Shown here in pieces: positions 48,448 to 61,062 of a DNA stretch of 64,000 nt (positions are counted from its first letter, which is position 1; each line of letters opens with the position of its first letter). The translations under genes and the position numbers were made by a program. The notes under the pieces were generated by a model. That model saw only the letters and a list, made by a program, of their open reading frames with translations. It made no database searches and had not been told where the DNA came from. Source of the stretch: Iphione sp. A-MEVVRFRX5 (Eukaryota); assembly GCA_976226885.1 (NCBI GenBank), contig OZ320316.1, positions 39,742,001-39,806,000 of the forward strand. The letters run 5' to 3'.

Positions 48448-51400
48448 CTTCTCACTACAACCAGCAGATCTGAATAATCGTTACTGCGACTAAAGTGCTC
48501 GGTTTAGAGGCAACGCAAAACAAAGTCTTTTCATCTTGCTTCATACGACCAGAGACCGCACTGCATGTCCGCACACGAAAAGGCGTTCAAATTGCCCCAA
48601 TCTACGATCACAAATGAATAGAAATATTTTTACTCAATTACTGGGGCCGAGGAAGGGATCAGCATAGACCAAAGCAGCGACGGTCGCGTTACCTTTTTAC
48701 CTGACGATTGCGCTGATCACGTTAACCATACGAGGCCAGCGCACATAATCATAGATAACTTGTTTGTCTCAAGTAACGCTGCCATTTACTCCACATGCCA
48801 CCAGCGCCTGAGAAAAATTGGCTCGGACCGCATACCTTTTAGTAGACCTTTATGGTTCTGGCGGTCTTTTTGCCCTTCTTTGATGGGATGCGGTTCGGCC
48901 GTATACAGCTGTCGCATGCGCAGACAATTGGATAGCACCACACGCAATTTGCCCGTGGCAAAGGAGATGGAAGTAATGTGGGCGGTGACATCATCAAGTG
49001 TTCATCAGCTCGGGCTTCCCAGGTAGACGGCAGGTCATTGTCTCCAAGGGAATGACGGCATTTGCCTGAATGTTAGTCTTAGACCTTTAGATTCATTCTC
49101 ATGTTAACCTGATCACGTCTAGCAGTATCAACTCGACTGCCTGTGGCATTTGTGCGGTGCCTCACGAATTGTACGACGGTTCGATAATTAGTACGACTTG
49201 TGACCAGTGTTTCAATAGAGAGGGTGCGAAAAATAGTACCTCTGATTCAACCTAGTAAATTCCTAGATATCCGAATTAATTTACTGCAGGCTGAAATCGA
49301 GGTCATTGTCCCATTACTGACCTCATGCGAATAAAGTTTTGATAATATGCATGAGACATTCGGGGGTAATGTACATTCATGCATCATTGCGGGTTTCCAT
49401 CGCGGATGTCTAATCTTTGATACTACGTTGAAGTAAGATAAACCTTATCTTTACGTCTTCGACACCGCAGTAATGCTTTCCACTGAAATGTGCTCGTTTC
49501 AAGTCCTTTTATAACAGGGAAAGAGCATGTTTGATTTGAAATAAAAGAAATGACAGAAGGAAATAACGGCCGAGAATCGCCAGGTTAATTTCAAGGCAGT
49601 GGGTTGTTTCACTTGGAGATTTTAAAGCACTCACTCACGACATATATACATACATGTAGTAAATGGCCACCTGTGCCTAGAGCTATTTAGTCGAGTTCAA
49701 CTTGGCGCGTCCAGTACCAATTACAAAGTCTACCATGACCTTTATGCCGGTGGACCGAAGATTTCAGGGGGTGGATTGTACTGGGAAGTGATATATGACT
49801 CGAGGGGTTTGCAACATGGCAGAGAGGAAGGCACTCGACCAGAATCTATCAGCGTCGTCTTACCTGCGAATGGCGGCATCGACGGCTAGGTGTGGTGGCA
49901 CTGGACGTTATGTACGCTATTAGTTGCCTCCCGCCTTCCTCAACCGCCGAGTGTCAAGTGCCCTGCGTCCCTCCGGGCTGTCCCCTCTCTCCTCTCTCCT
50001 GCAGGACGACAACATTTGTATGGCAGGGACTTTAGCTACAGTTCAACATATATGGATCACGTATAGAAAAAGATATTCGATAGGTACAGTCGACGCTCGT
50101 TTTCCGGCAAGAGTAGTTGCATGTTTGGGTCGGTTTAAGGGGAAATGTTTGGGACGGTTGGTCAATATATACTCTTATTTACTAAAAGAAATCAAAGCTT
50201 TTGCAGGCAACTGTTTCGGAAACATGGGTTTTGCTAGTTATAGAATCGTCGATAAACAAGGGGTGACTGTATACATAGATGAGATACACGTGTAAATATC
50301 GCCTTTCTTCTCGGGAGCGGATGGGAGGACTTTCTTAGGAACTTCAGGCAGAAGAGAAAAGGGTTGGGAGGAGTTAACGGTTTGCATTTTGGGGTTCGTT
50401 GAGCTTTATGCCTGCCTCAATCAAGAGGTTTAAGAGGGGGTTTGAGGAAGGCGGAACAGGGTTATAAGACGCCGGGGAGTTGTCGTCCTGCAGCTCGAGG
50501 TTACGGGGCTCTTTAGTGACGCCTTTATTGGCGTCAGGGCCCATGTGGGTAACGGGTCGCAGCCGACTGTAAGGACCGGGCCGCCACGGGTCAACCTCTC
50601 CAAGTCTAATAACGGGTCCGCCGGCCGGGTGCTGCTCAGGTCAGCCCAATGGCCCTCGCCCACCAGCAGCACCTGGCTTTGGTCTACTGTTACCGGTTAA
50701 CTGGTGCCATCTTGGGGGCTAGACGGGCCGTCAACCGTCCCGAACGGGTCCCCCCCCACACCCAGCACTCCCTCGTGAGAGCCAACGCAGCTCGCCCTGG
50801 GATATATATCGACCCTCCCCCATGACCCTGAGGGCTAGGACCGAGCGTTATTTTGTGCTTTCGACTCCTTTGTCCGCGTCTGAGGCGATCCTGGGATTGA
50901 TCTTTTCATGCGTGTTAACGAGGATCGGGCCCCCGTGGCCTCCCGCGACTTAACACCTCTTGCAGCTGTCTAGACCAAGGATGGAGCGCAGGCAATCCTG
51001 GGGTCAAGAGGCCAGCGTCACGTGAGGATCGCCCGTTCAATGCTACGCTCCTCTTTCCTCCCGGGCGTCTTTAAAATCGCATCCATAATATCGGGCGACA
51101 AGAGGGGGAGACGCGACTGGCCATGATTGAATGTTTATGAATGAGGCGCGGACCTTTTCTCAACCCATGCCTTCCCTCCCTGCTTCATATAGTCCCCTCC
51201 CTGTTTCCTTCCTTCCTTGGTTCCTTCTCCCTAACCCCTTCTGCCTCGCCCAATCCCCCCGACGTACCCGTCCATGCGCTGGCTCTTTATCTCCCTCCCA
51301 GCTATTACCCGCCAAGGAGTTGATAGGTGTCCGTGGATTGTGCTTCAGGTTGACCTATCACCGCGCGACAAACGCTAACAGCGCCCAACCGGAAATAATA

Positions 51401-52725
51401 GCCATTTCCGGTGAGCGTCGTCGTAAACATGTTAAGGCCGCTCATAGAAGTCGCCCCTAACTGCGCGCTGCAGCCAAGATGTCATGTAAATTGCCGATAT
51501 GTTGAAACCATGGCACCCACATATTTTGTTCTGGGCCTGACAAGGCGGACAGCGATGAAAGGTCCTTTATGTAATCTAATATAGATGAAACCATGGGGGC
51601 AGTGGTGGGTCTTTAGCAACCAAATGACCCTTTGTGCTCACTATGGCCTGTGATAAGTCGGGCCGCTGTGAGACGAGGTTAAATTCAGGGCTCAGGTGGA
51701 GGCCACAACAAAGGCATCCTTAAAACCATACCTGCGGAGACCGAGGCATATTTGTCACCATTATTCTGAATTATAGCTGATGTGTAGAACATCTGGTTTC
51801 AAATACATACTGCATGGCGTAAACCTTAGGAAGAATTTATACATAGGTGTACAAGACGCTTGTATAAACATGTATAGACAGCTGTATATGTACGGCAGAC
51901 ATACACATTTATACACTGCATACAGGTACATGAATAAGTAAGAATAATCTCAATTACTGAGATAGGTTTACAGTGAATATCTTGTGTTAATGACCAAAGT
52001 CAGAGATTATTAGAATCTGGCGGAACAGTGTCTAAATATGGTTATGTTCGTATAATGTACATGTACATGAACATATGTCTGTAGAGGGAAAAGCGCGGAA
52101 GATGGTGTTATTGAGTATGTACATGCATTTGAAAACATCCTATGCTTTCAACTATTCAAGTATCCCAGTGTGCAAGGTGTGATCATAAGCATCACAATTT
52201 CAATTTCTTTATTTTAGTATCTCCATCCGATTCAAAAAGATTGATGGGTCGATTAACCTCTTACATTTGAGACGATTAGCGAGAAAGCAAGATCAAACAC
52301 CATTGTGAACACGGCGTCTGGACGTTTCAAATTAATCAGATCAATGTGCTCCTGTTTTCCACCCCGTATCGATGCCAATATTAGAGACTTAGATGCAGAT
52401 TTCAGGTCCGAGACAATGCGTCCAAACGGTCGATCGAATACCTATTGGATAACCATCACGCCAACAGTTTGGTTGAAACAAAAGCGTCGCTCTGTCCTCC
52501 TGTAATTTTTTATTTCTTTTTTTCCGCTCGGAGTCATTTGAGAATTATCGCCTTTTTTGACAGGAGCACTGAATTCCTCATTGTTCATGCAATTTGGTTT
52601 GTCTGTTCCCTGCAATTGTTCTATTTTACACTTATTCGTCTTCTGATTCTCTGTTTTTATCACTATTATACATATACCCATTCTGTTTTTGTGCTGACAT
52701 GCACACACGTGAACACATACACATA

Positions 52726-52892
52726 CAGTCAAACTTTATTTGCGACCACCACTTGTGACCAAGTGCACTTGAAAAATTTGGTCGTAAATCAATCAGAATA
52801 TGTATAGAAACTATGATTTTTGTTCCTATTGTAAATGGTCAGAAATGGGATTTGGTCGTAAATCAATGTGGTCGCAAATTGAGTCGTGACTA
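52726..52892. mobile_element. MITE of the Tc1/mariner superfamily (pogo/Tigger-like)
   Basis: TA + CAGTCAAACTTTATTTGCGACCAC on the left; GTGGTCGCAAATTGAGTCGTGACTA + TA on the right (imperfect ~24-bp TIR with a perfect ATTTGCGACCAC core). An internal 18-bp direct repeat ATTTGGTCGTAAATCAAT lies at 52776-52793 and 52850-52867. TA target duplication and CAG ends are established pogo/Tigger features. Confidence 0.7.
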
Positions 52893-52920
52893 TATCTATA
52901 CATGTATACAACCATATGTA

Positions 52921-53540
52921 CAGTGGAACCTCTGATTCCGGAAAACCAGGTATTCCGGACCTCCCAGGTTCCGGACATATTTATGCCAGAACAAAACTTT
53001 TATATCCTCAGTTATGTGTTTGAAGGGAACTGGATATTTTAGGCACTCAGCTATTGTGGACACTCCCTACTGGATACACATTTTGCAGTCCCCAACACTG
53101 ATTTTCAAAGCCTATGCTGGACAGAAGTGTGAGGAAAGCCACGAGCAATTGCACAAGGAAAGGTGTGTCAGAGATGAAAGAGAGACGGATAGTCATGAGG
53201 AGACGTATGAGGAAACGCATGACGAAATGCATGACTTTTCTCCGTAAAGTCACGCTGCTCAAACTTCCTTCCGCCGCTCACAATCCCTTCCTGTCATTCA
53301 AAAACCCGTCCTGTCGCTCACAAGCCTCTCCTGCCGCTACTGATACCTCCTGTTGTGGTTGAAGCTCTCCCACCATCTTGTCACGCCTGTGTTGCAAGTC
53401 GAAGTGTGAGGCTCTGATGATATTGCGAAGTAAATGAGTAAAAAGCTACCTCTAACATATTTGGTCTATTCCGGACACCCCACCATTCCGGACAGAGTTT
53501 GCGAAGTCCCTCTGATGACCGGAACAACGAGTTCCCACAG
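52921..53540. mobile_element. Non-autonomous pogo/Tigger-like DNA transposon (decayed)
   Basis: TA + CAGTGGAACCTCTGATTCCGGA on the left; degenerate inverse ACCGGAACAACGAGTTCCCACAG + TA on the right. A subterminal (A/G)TTCCGGA(C/A) motif occurs three times at the left end and twice near the right end. No intact transposase. Confidence 0.65.
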
Positions 53541-56500
53541 TATGTGAAAATCTGCGTTCATTTCCCTCAGCATGCTCTCGCTCTCTGTGGCTCTCCGTTT
53601 TTTCCCCTATTTGGCCCATCGGATGGATGGTAGATGCCTGGCTGGGCACTGATTTAGAGAACAATGAGCGCCAAATGACGCGTTACCTTTTAAACGGCGA
53701 CTTCTCGCTGCGTGTGATACTCCAAGATACCATGTTTGGCCGTGGGCGCCTGGGTGATGTATGTTCGACAATCATGACATGTACTGTCCACATGGGAACC
53801 TGTGTGCGTAAAAAATGGCCACAGGCCACTGGATTGTTTCTATGGTTATTGATATGGCCTGATCGATTGCCTTTTCGCAGGTCCTGACACGGTTCAATGG
53901 TGGCTACCGGGGTGTGGCCATGGTCGACTGTCGTTTACAGCGGGAATCCCTTGGATGCCGGCTGTGGCAGAAGAAAGACGTCATTTTAACAGCAAATGAC
54001 ACCAAATGAAGAAATACTCCATGCCGTTTTTAAGGGATCTTTCTCCGCCGCGCGGCGAAAAAAGGCGCGGCAATTGGCAAAATAACCATATTAATAAAAC
54101 TGCGATGCGTTATTGACCGCGTCTCACGGTCAATACTTAAGAAACGCGAGGATGAAGAAATGAAGCGACGGAGAAAACATTTAACGGCTCTGTTCATTAC
54201 TCACTTTCATTTTTATAGCTGTTCTATATCCAAAACAAGGGCGTCTTTTGTAAAGTGACCGAAATAAGAATTTTGTACAAAATTTAATTGCTTAAACGAG
54301 TTACATGAATTGCATGAACTTTTCCCCTTCAAGACAAACAGACGCTCCGGAGAAAAAGTATTCATCACAAAAAAATGGGATTCTTTGCACGAAGCATTCA
54401 AACAGAGGCATTTCAAATTACGTGTTAACAACTAAGTCAGTTTTTGTCTATTTTTAACAAAAGAGGGGGTTAAGTTTGGTTGATCGTCTAGGATTTTTTA
54501 AAAGATAATTATTGGCCCTATGCTCAGTGATAAATGATCGTTCGCTTTTAAACCAGATTATTGAGTCTAATTGAACTGAAATACCGTGGTCACCTATAAG
54601 AAGCATCTTTACAGAATATCTCCATTGATTATGAGGGATAAATTGAAATTGGTGCTACTTACGACTCTAAGACACAGGAAGTGCGTACATGCATGGACAT
54701 TAATAATCAAGTTATCTCTTTGGACACCAGTATTCTTAGCCCATACATATATCAAGTGGTTTTGGAACAGCATTTGGCATGTATGCAGTTATATACACAT
54801 AGATCGCGTGCCAGTTGAGCTATCTTCATTAAACCCCTATTAATTTATATACATTTATTTCGTACACATGACTTGATGACGGCTTTTCTCTGCTGCGTTG
54901 CGTGTCATTTCGCTACAACGGATAGTTTGAGTTGTTTTCTAGGAAAGTCAAAATCTGAAGTAGGTGTCGGAATCGTACTAGATATTTGGCCAACACAGAT
55001 GTTGCAAAGACCACCACTTTCTTATCAGTACTCCTGCTCCAAGTAGAATCGACTATCACATTCATCGTATAGTGCACGTTCGCCAATCTTTTCAAGCAGT
55101 GCATCGAAATATACCCAACTGCTCATAAAAGGGAATATCGAAGCATTGTATCGATAACACCCTGTATGCTAGGATAAGCTACAGTTACCTGGGGGGAATT
55201 ATTCTATATCTTCTCTGTCAGGCTAATTTTATTGATAGTCTACGTTCATCCTTTGTTTCATCACTCAGATTGGTCAGCAAAACCATAAATCGGATTACGT
55301 GTACATGTATTATAACCGTGACGTTGAATGGGACTTACAGGAACGTAATTGAATCGGAAATGAGACTGACTGTGTTCGTCGCCACCTAGCTTGTTTTGTC
55401 AGTTCCTTCCATGCACTGCATACTGCATTTTACGAAATTTATTTGGGAGGTATTTCTCTGTTTTATTCAGTGGAAGAAATGCTGTTGTTGACATGATTTG
55501 CCGCATGGAAGTGGCATGTTGCCTGAAATGCGTGGGACATAGCAGGTGACGACGAATGGATGACTTGTCAATGTTACGCTACTCGAAGAGAAAGCTAAGC
55601 CTGGCACGCCCGAAAGCCTTGCCAAGCTGGCGCCTGAGCCACACCAGTGGTATACAGAAATGGGCGTGAGCGGCGGGCGCCGCAAGTCACAGGTGGCCCA
55701 ATCGGACTTGGCCGCCGCGACACTCGGCCAAACTGGCGACGCAGGCAACTTATTCACTCTTGCTTAGGTTCCTTATCAATTTTCCTCGGCCGGCGCGGAC
55801 CCCAAGTATTCCATTTGGCGGCGTGAGATAACCAGCATGGCCTCGCCTATCAGATCCTGCATTAATCTTCTCGACCGAGGAGAAGGAATAAAAAAAGTGC
55901 AAGACGTAGATGGAGGAAGGTTGCGCACTTTTTTTAATCCTTCTCTCGGGTTGGGCGCTGTTGCCGGGTGCCGGAGATAGGACTATGCTTCACTGGCTAC
56001 CCGCCTGCCCGCCTGCCCGTCCTCCTGCCCGCCTGCCCACCACACGAGCCACAGTGGCGCCACCATGTGTGATGGTAGCCACTACGAGGACGGCTTCCGC
56101 GCTTGGCGCTCCAGGCCTATATGAACACGGTAGAAAATCGGGTTGACATGATGATTTGAAAGCGTCCGGACAGGGCATGTAATACAAGAAACTAATGCGT
56201 CATCCGATGAGCACGCCAGAGTGAGTTCTCGCAGAATTTCTCAGCAAGGCAGGAAGGCAAGCCAGGGGATAGCATTCCACCAGCGGGCGGGCAGGCCGTA
56301 AGCCTATTTTGCATACGGCCACCTTGCCTCCTTTTCCTCACCGCAACTAATGTATTTAGTGTAATTACAATCACTCGCTTGTGATGCGCATGTTAGATCT
56401 CTATAATTAGCTCAACTGGTCCGCCTTTTTCCCTCTTGTCCTCCTGAGTGTCGACTCGCTCTCCCTTCCACTCCCCCCTCACACTCACACACACCCACAC

Positions 56501-59500
56501 ACACAGACCTGTCGCAAAGAGGGCCTGGTTGGAGGCCCATTCTCCAGAATAGGTAATGAAACAAGGCCACCCCGTCATAATGCCGCATATGTATTGGGTC
56601 GGCGTCAAGTAGATTGGCCCGGGCGGACAACTGCGGGCACGGCGAAAAACTCATTTCCACTCGCAGATGAGCAGAATGTCCAGAAAGTTTCAATGAATTC
56701 TGCCTATGATTATTCATCGGCAGCGCAGTCTCGCTGGGGCTTCGGATTGTCCTCATTTGGCTTCGCATTATGTCCATGCCGTCCGGGGCGTCGGCGACTC
56801 TCTGGTGTATATGACTTACAAATGGTACGGGCGCGAGTCGGGTATCACCCATATATTGATGGCACATTACCACTCGGCTGTGGCGGGAATGCTGAGTAGG
56901 CCGTTGTCATTTCGGCCATTAAACATATGGCGGATTTCCATTCGCCCGCTGGCCTTGTGCTCAATATGAGGTTCGGTGGCGATGAGTGGTTCATTTTGCT
57001 GGGTACAATTGGCGACTGCCTCTCTCTTGGCCACGTCCTCGACTAGGAGTATTCTACCACTGTCATCTGATTACCTCAACCTACATTTAATAATCTCATG
57101 GCCGACCCAAATAGTAATGACTGTGAAGTCCTCTTGGGAGTCAGACAATGGTATTAAACCCACTTCCCTTCTGCGACCATCCCTCCCACCCGCACGACCA
57201 ATGCATGTTCTATCTGTATCACCCGCCCGCCTACCCACCCACCTGCCTCCCAACCATATTCTGTCACACAGCCCTGGATGTGTTCACACAGACGCCCTTA
57301 CTTTAGCACCATTCATTCTGACACTTTAAAATTTTATCGATCTGGACGTCGTACGGACCGGACAAGACAAGACGAAAAGCTCCTGTTCTGCCAGGACAGT
57401 CTGTTCACTCTCCTCCGACCACTCACAAAAAAATTGCTTGTACATCTGCGCCGAAGGAATCAATGTGGAAAGATTAGAGACGGTGACGTATAAATCGAAG
57501 CCCGTTACATCTTCTTCATCTCGGTATTGATTTTGGCTGAGGAAACGACAAAGCCCTGCTGCCATTGTCTTTTGAAATTTTAAACGGGCCTTGAGCACCC
57601 TCACACACTGCCCACGAGTGAAGGGCAGAGGGATATGGCTGCGGGGCTTGGTCTCCTTGTCTATATGCTGTGTTGAAACAGCTGGTAGACAATGCTACGC
57701 TGACATGTCTCTGTGGTCTTCCTTCTATTATCTAGTCTAAAGCTTATCACGACTTTTTACTTGTATAACCCTGTTGACGTAGCGTCCCTTATTCTTTTGT
57801 CTCAACACACGATTAACAAGTTTCATCGCCATTGTCTCTGTTTCCACTGTTTCTTTCCGACGATGCTTGTATCTTAAGCCATCAGTCATTCATGCTTCTT
57901 AGTTTGAACTGGAGCATGGACGTCCTCTTCTGTGTTTTCCTGCATGAGATGCCCTTCCAGTTTAAGTATTGTTGCTGTACGTCATAGCTGATGCGATCTA
58001 ATTGATTATGCTTTAGTATTATAAGCAGGTAATATTGTTGTTGACGAAATGCAAATGTTACTGGGCAGTGTACAAAATACATTGAATGATTACGTGTATA
58101 CAGAGTTTAATATATGGATTAGAATATACATGTACATGGATAAATAAGGAAAACCTGAGGTAAAAAAGAACCTTTTGAAATGAGGGATTTGCCGTATTTT
58201 TGCTGAATCGATATGTGCATTGTTACGTACGTGTCACCAAATCCTTCACAACTCTGACGAGCAGATGCAGCATACACCCTTGTCGTCTCGATCCTATTCG
58301 TACTTGGTGGCCCTTTCTGGCTAGAGCAACAAGGATTAAGTTCTCCGTGTGCTAATTAAATGTGTCAACATGTCTTGCCTCTATCTCCTGCTTTCGGTTC
58401 CATCCAAGAAACCCATTACGGGCTCTCAAACAATTATCCGTCTCTGGTTGTCATTAGAAGTGCATGTATACATACATTCGCTACTCGTTTGCACTTGGCT
58501 GCTTTTGTGTCCGCGCCACAAAGGTGTTCTTAGCAACGGGCGTTCTTTGATCGTAAGACGTTAAAATGCATCCCGACCCATTCTTTCCTCCATCAAACGT
58601 CTAGGTTTTAATGATCCTGTTACGGGGAAGGCCCTGTCCCCCAGTACGTGGGAAGAAAGGCGACGGTGTTGGGCTGAGGCCCCCTATCCCGCGTGTGCAA
58701 GTGTTTTATGGATGGTCATATTCGCCACGCCCCAGACGGCCCAACGCTCAGCCACTATATCATCTTAATTAAGTCCGACAAAGAGTGATTAAACAGGACA
58801 ATAACTACCATTTGCTTCATTAACATGAGTTTGGGACATTGGCGGCTACGGGCAGAGTTTTGCAGGACATGAGAAAGCTGCCTACATCTAGGGGCCTTGA
58901 ACGACGCTCATTTAGATGGGCGCCGGATACTGCTACCACGAGGGATACTTCATTCCGCATTCTGTCCAGCGACCATGTTTTCCATTTCACCACCCCGAGA
59001 GTAATTAAAATAACAAATTGGACCTTGTTTTTCCCCCTCACCCACACTCTCTCCCTCTCTGAGCGCGCAAAACCCCTACATTTGATGCTGGTGCTTAGAC
59101 AGTGATGATGAATGGCCAGCGTGGGGAGCAACCTTGTTTTTCTGCTGCCGGCTTAGGGCGCGTAGGAGAGGGCATTTGGTGGTGGCGTATCAGAAAAACA
59201 GCACAGGTTGGGCAGGGATTTAGACGGCGAGTCAGATTGAGATATGGTGCCCTATTGTTTTTCGCGCCCGCCCCGGACCATGCTGGAATGCATTGATAAT
59301 GATGAAACGACGCCCGCGGTGTCCACCACTGCGAGGCTATTAAGGCGTGTGGCTATTATGAACAAGGGGGAATTCCAATGTATGGGAACGGAAAGCCATT
59401 AGCGTCCCAGGGGCCTAAACTATTCCAAAGCATTCTCCGTCCCGCGGCTGCGAGCGGTGAATACAACAGCCCTCTTTACAAATGAAAAGGCTCCGCCAAA

Positions 59501-60101
59501 TCCCGAAAGGGTCTGAGCCAACGAAATCAGTTAGCGATAGATGGGGGGGAGCGGGCAGAGCAAAACCCGGCTCAAATTAAATGTTACGGTTTCACACGTC
59601 GGCCGGCAAAATAATAATCACTTTAAGTCTGTGGAGGATGCGCGCGAGACGGTGATAATTAACAATTAACAGGGGAAATAAAGACAATAACAAATGAGGT
59701 GTCAGCGTGTTGATCCTTGTTCGTTTCAAGGGATGGTTGGATCAGTCCACAGTCGGTGAGCTGGGCGTGCAGTGCGGCCGGAATTAGAAGCCAGCTGTTT
59801 GGCTATCCATTTCTAGGTAAAGATCCTCATCGCTCGTTCAGATCGTCGCTGCGACTTGCAGGGATTCTCTGTGCTGTGTTACAGGAATTGCTTGCTTTCG
59901 GCGAATCAAATGTCGGTGCATGTTGGGTAGTTGCCATGCTCTCAAGCCTGGTGTCCAGTGTTCAGAATAACGCCAGCCCACTTGACCCATTATAAAGTAG
60001 CGAAACTCAGAAGCTAGCCCCTTCTGATTTCGGACCGAGGGTGTGGACTTAATTATTTATCTGGGTATTAAAAATGATAAATTTTAATTGCATCACGTCC
60101 A

Positions 60102-60120
60102 GCTAATTACCTTAATTAGC
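60102..60120. promoter_or_regulatory. Palindromic double homeodomain site GCTAATT-N5-AATTAGC (copy 2)
   Basis: GCTAATTA cct TAATTAGC seen directly (8-bp inverted arms). Confidence 0.5.
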
Positions 60121-61062
60121 GCGCCCAAGTCTACTCTTTACGAGTATGATGGAGAGAGGCCTGGAGACGTCATTAGTGGGTTCACTGGGCCCAAGGTAAT
60201 GAAGCGAACACGTATTAACAGGTACATTAAGTTGAAGCCTGAAAACTTCATTAAATGAACTTGGAAACTATCCCTCTTAGACCTGATTAGACCACAGCCC
60301 CGATCTGACCCCGTCGGACCACGCAGGCGTGTCGCTCTTGAAGACGTATACGCCGGGCGCCTTTGATTCTGACCACCAGGTGCCGCGCTTTATTTCGCTA
60401 ATAATGTATAATTACCAAAGATTGATTGAGGAAACTCCTAGAGGCCCGCCTCCTGCCGGACCATTGTTAGGTAGAATTAGGCCCGAGGTGTCGGTGTATC
60501 TGTCAGTGAATGTGTGTGCCGATGTGTGTGTGCATTTGCGTGTTCATTTTTGTATCTATGTTTGTAAGATCGTCCGGGTGTTTTCCATTGTGTGTGATAT
60601 GAAGGACAAATACCTTCTGCTCGAGATCAGATCTTGTTTATATGATGGTACCACGCAAGAAAAGGCTTGTCCTTAATAAGATACGTTTTTTATTTTATTT
60701 CAGAAGAGATTCCGGTAGATTTTCCCTGTACTGACACACACAAAAACAAACACACAAAAACAGGGAATCTAAAGCAGATATAACGAAGAAAGGATATAGC
60801 TAAATCATATCAAGTTACGCCAAAATATACTTATGAGGGGAGGTATAAATGAACTTTTAATACCTGAGCATTACTTTACAATGGTTTCATGCGATTTCAA
60901 CCAGTAACTGTGATTCCCCACAAAGGTCTAACCCTCGGGATAATAAAACACCCAAGCACACATATACACACTGCACCAGTTCTGTCATGTGATGCCTTCA
61001 AGTTGTCAAATACATATACAGTATAATCCTATATATCATGTTTAAACTTGCCCATGCAGCTA

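Larger units (their letters stand above)
1..60700. other. CpG-retaining, transposon-poor non-coding block; probable developmental cis-regulatory landscape (gene desert or large intron)
   Basis: Seen: no recognisable coding domain; CpG is frequent even in AT-rich parts (hand count 19 CpG in 39541-39960); GC-rich motif-dense islands at about 1150-1700, 5850-7080, 9900-10230, 19790-20030, 21000-22900, 31240-31850, 34380-34800, 35400-35780, 37400-38080, 42230-42540, 46420-46860 and 50440-50830. The regulatory role is inference. Confidence 0.55.

Noticed and set aside
55910-56146. ORF starting with a signal-peptide-like stretch (MEEGCALFLILLSGWALLPGAG)
   Set aside because: Runs into a CCTGCCCG simple repeat; no good donor after the hydrophobic segment.
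60704-60714. 11-nt segment between a strong acceptor and GTAGAT
   Set aside because: Not frame-preserving, weak donor, no supporting neighbouring exons.
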